Made by a program: the position numbers and the translations under genes. A stretch of DNA of 32,000 bases from Synechocystis sp. PCC 6803 substr. PCC-P (GTDB lineage: Bacteria > Cyanobacteriota > Cyanobacteriia > Cyanobacteriales > Microcystaceae): assembly GCF_000284455.1 (NCBI RefSeq), contig NC_017039.1:3330001-3362000 (forward strand). The letters run 5' to 3'. Positions 29,896 through 32,000 of the stretch are shown here, piece by piece; within the stretch, counting starts at the first letter, position 1; each line of letters opens with the position of its first letter. Below the pieces are notes generated by a model that made no database searches, had not been told where the DNA came from, and saw only the letters and a program-made list of their open reading frames with translations.

Positions 29896-30993
29896 ATGAG
29901 TCCTGCTAAGCTGACCGACACCGATAAACAAGAGTTGGTGGACCTCTACCGGCAAACCCCCGCCACCACCACCACCCTGGCGGAACGTTTTGGGGTGAGC
30001 ATTTCCACCGTCAGTCGTCTCTTAAAAACGGCGATCGCCAGTGGGGAATATGAAACCTTAGTGCAGGAAAAAAGGGGCAGTAAGGGAATTAAAAATGATG
30101 CCCAGTTGACGTTGCCGTTGCCCAAGCCATCTAGGAAAAAGTTGGAAGTGGCAGAAACCAATCTCCCTGGGGATGCCGTGGCGGAGGTGGCCCCTGTTGC
30201 TGGGCCGAATCATCAAGACAGAGAGACTAATGAAACTAATGCTAGTGGCCAGGGCAGAAGGGTGCGTTCCCGTCGTCGAGTCACCGCCAGCCCCGTTGCC
30301 CCAGAGCCTGGGGAGTTTACCGATGCGGAAAAAACCATTGATCCGCCGGCGATCGCCATCCCCTCCCTAGCCCAGCCCGATCCAACAGGATTTGGTGATA
30401 TCCCAACCACCATGTCAGTGGCAAAAACTGAAGTACCGCCCGATGCCCCCATGGGGCGACGCCCCCAGATTGTTTCAATTAAATCTTCCGCCCTAGATGA
30501 AATTGTCAAGGACATAGACGAGGACTTGGGTTTACTGGATGGCGAAGATATCGATGACCTTGACGACGAAGACGATGATGATGAGTTTGAAGATGAATTA
30601 GACGATTTCGACGAAGACCAAGGGGAAGAGGATTATATTCCCACCCCAGTGGCCACCAAACAAACCCTAGCAAACACCGCAGAGCTAGTTTCAATTTTGC
30701 CCCTAATAGAAGCTTCTATGCCCAAAAACTGCTACCTAGTGGTGGACAGAAGGGGGGAATTGATTGTCCGTCCCCTGAAGGAATTTAGTCTTGATGGGGC
30801 CTTACCCCCCGAAGAAGTCCAGGCAAAAACCCTACCTGTTTTTGATAACCATCGGGTGGCCCGGCGCTTTTCCCTCAAAACCCAAAAGGTAATTCGTCTG
30901 CCCGACGCTAGCATTGTCCAAAAAACCGCCCAGGCACTCAAATCCAAGGGGATTACCAGGGTGTTCCTCGGCGGCCAGGTTTATTCCCTTTAA
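29896..30993 (+). CDS. HTH-domain protein with an Asp/Glu-rich central region
   Basis: MSPAKLTDTDKQELVDLYRQTPATTTTLAERFGVSISTVSRLLK (HTH), DIDEDLGLLDGEDIDDLDDEDDDDEFEDELDDFDEDQGEEDY acidic stretch, and a C-terminal block ending ALKSKGITRVFLGGQVYSL. Confidence 0.75.
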   Translation: MSPAKLTDTDKQELVDLYRQTPATTTTLAERFGVSISTVSRLLKTAIASGEYETLVQEKRGSKGIKNDAQLTLPLPKPSRKKLEVAETNLPGDAVAEVAPVAGPNHQDRETNETNASGQGRRVRSRRRVTASPVAPEPGEFTDAEKTIDPPAIAIPSLAQPDPTGFGDIPTTMSVAKTEVPPDAPMGRRPQIVSIKSSALDEIVKDIDEDLGLLDGEDIDDLDDEDDDDEFEDELDDFDEDQGEEDYIPTPVATKQTLANTAELVSILPLIEASMPKNCYLVVDRRGELIVRPLKEFSLDGALPPEEVQAKTLPVFDNHRVARRFSLKTQKVIRLPDASIVQKTAQALKSKGITRVFLGGQVYSL

Positions 30994-31092
30994 CTAAGCC
31001 GTTGAAGTTAAAACTTTCGACCTACTGCTAACAGCGTTGACAGCTTGATTGCTACAGGCGTTTGGCCCAAAGGACTAGGCAACCCCCAAACA

Positions 31093-32000
31093 TCAGGAAA
31101 AATGTTGGTAGGACTCCTCCTGGGCGTCACTAATAAAATTCAAGACCTGGGCTTGGTAGTAACGTAATTTCTCATCTACCCAATGGCGGTCTTCACTGTT
31201 GGCATAGATGTGGACCAGGGGCTCCCCCGCATCGGGCAAAATCAATACCCAGTTGTCTCCATGGGGAAAAGTCATTTTAACCCCGTCTACCAGTTCAATA
31301 TGTTGATCCCGATGAATTTCCACCAAATGGCGCATCAGGGCCCCTTTAATTTTCCAAGAACAACGGACACTACAACTGTTATGGTAAACCGTCGGCAATT
31401 CTGAGCGAATTTCCCCCAGGGTGCGTTTTTGGACAGTCAGCATTTCCATTACTTTGGCAATGCAAAACATGGCATCAAAGCCTGGGTGGAGGCGAGGAAA
31501 AATAAAGCCAGTTTCTCCACTACCGCCCAAAACCACGTTATGGCTCGATTGGGCGGCGGCCATCAATGCAGTGGGGTTAGCCTTGGTTCTCAAAACTTTA
31601 CCCCCATGGCGACGGGCCAAATGCTCCACCGCACTGGAAGCCTGTACTGGCACCACAATGGTTCCCCTGGGAGAAGCAGTTAACACCATATGCACCATCA
31701 AAGCTGTTAGCAGTTCCCCCCGGATGGGTAGGCCCCCTTCGTCCACCAGGGTGAGTTGTTCGCCATTAGCGGAAACCTGCACCCCCAAATTGGCCTGTAG
31801 GGCCGATACCACTTGTCCCAATTGACTAAGTAAGACTTCTTTTTCTTCATTGGAAACGGCGGTTTGTCGTAGACTGGCATTGAGCACCACTGCGTCGCAG
31901 CCGAATTTGGTCAACAGTAGGGGCAGAATGGCCCCAGACACTCCATAGGCGTAGTCAATAACAATTTTGGCCCCATCGTTGTTGATGATGTCCATGTCTA
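31093..32000 (-). CDS. C-terminal part of a phosphoglucomutase/phosphomannomutase-superfamily protein (possibly fused to a nucleotidyltransferase); 5' end outside window
   Basis: Frame open to the window edge. KIVIDYAYGVSGAILPLLL, GNELT-like LTLVDEGGLPIRGELLTALM, NVVLGGSGETGFIFPRLHPGFDAMFCIAKVMEML, and C-terminal DGVKMTF..DNWVLILPDAGEPLVHIYANS. Confidence 0.85.
   Translation of the reverse strand, partial: DMDIINNDGAKIVIDYAYGVSGAILPLLLTKFGCDAVVLNASLRQTAVSNEEKEVLLSQLGQVVSALQANLGVQVSANGEQLTLVDEGGLPIRGELLTALMVHMVLTASPRGTIVVPVQASSAVEHLARRHGGKVLRTKANPTALMAAAQSSHNVVLGGSGETGFIFPRLHPGFDAMFCIAKVMEMLTVQKRTLGEIRSELPTVYHNSCSVRCSWKIKGALMRHLVEIHRDQHIELVDGVKMTFPHGDNWVLILPDAGEPLVHIYANSEDRHWVDEKLRYYQAQVLNFISDAQEESYQHFS

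Noticed and set aside
1-32000. Looked for CRISPR arrays, cas genes, restriction-modification, retrons (RT), integrase or full-length transposase genes.
   Set aside because: No regularly spaced direct repeats and no diagnostic motifs for these families were seen in the provided ORFs.

Overview
The window looks like a cyanobacterial chromosome segment, very likely Synechocystis sp. PCC 6803 or a close relative. That assignment comes from recall of gene order and the recurrent HIP1 octamer GCGATCGC, not from a search. The backbone is mostly housekeeping: a partial GNAT-like gene, tRNA-Leu(CAG), lysC, prlC-type oligopeptidase, proC, GH100 invertase, SAM methyltransferase, speA, nadA, a ccdA-like gene, acnB, Fd-GOGAT, D-lactate/2-hydroxyacid dehydrogenase, carA, an acidic HTH protein and the C-terminal part of a sugar-nucleotidyltransferase/phosphomannomutase-like gene. 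Between these sit small accessory pockets: (1) a TIR-domain protein with a beta-rich C-terminus, directly followed by the 3' end of a HigA-type antitoxin; (2) a RHH antitoxin/PIN toxin pair whose toxin start appears to be interrupted and frameshifted by a ~107-bp MITE-like element, with a second ~110-bp copy near 27.3 kb; (3) a RelE/RelB-type pair preceded by a degenerate duplicated 5' fragment of acnB; (4) a ~2.9-kb, apparently HIP1-free pocket between acnB and GOGAT with a membrane-anchored orphan, a DUF2442-like remnant, an overlapping two-gene module whose second product carries a HEPN RX4H motif, and a nonsense-mutated, truncated glutathionyl-hydroquinone-reductase-like pseudogene. The best candidate for an under-described system is the overlapping pair at 20509..21559, followed by the TIR protein at 3074..4069.
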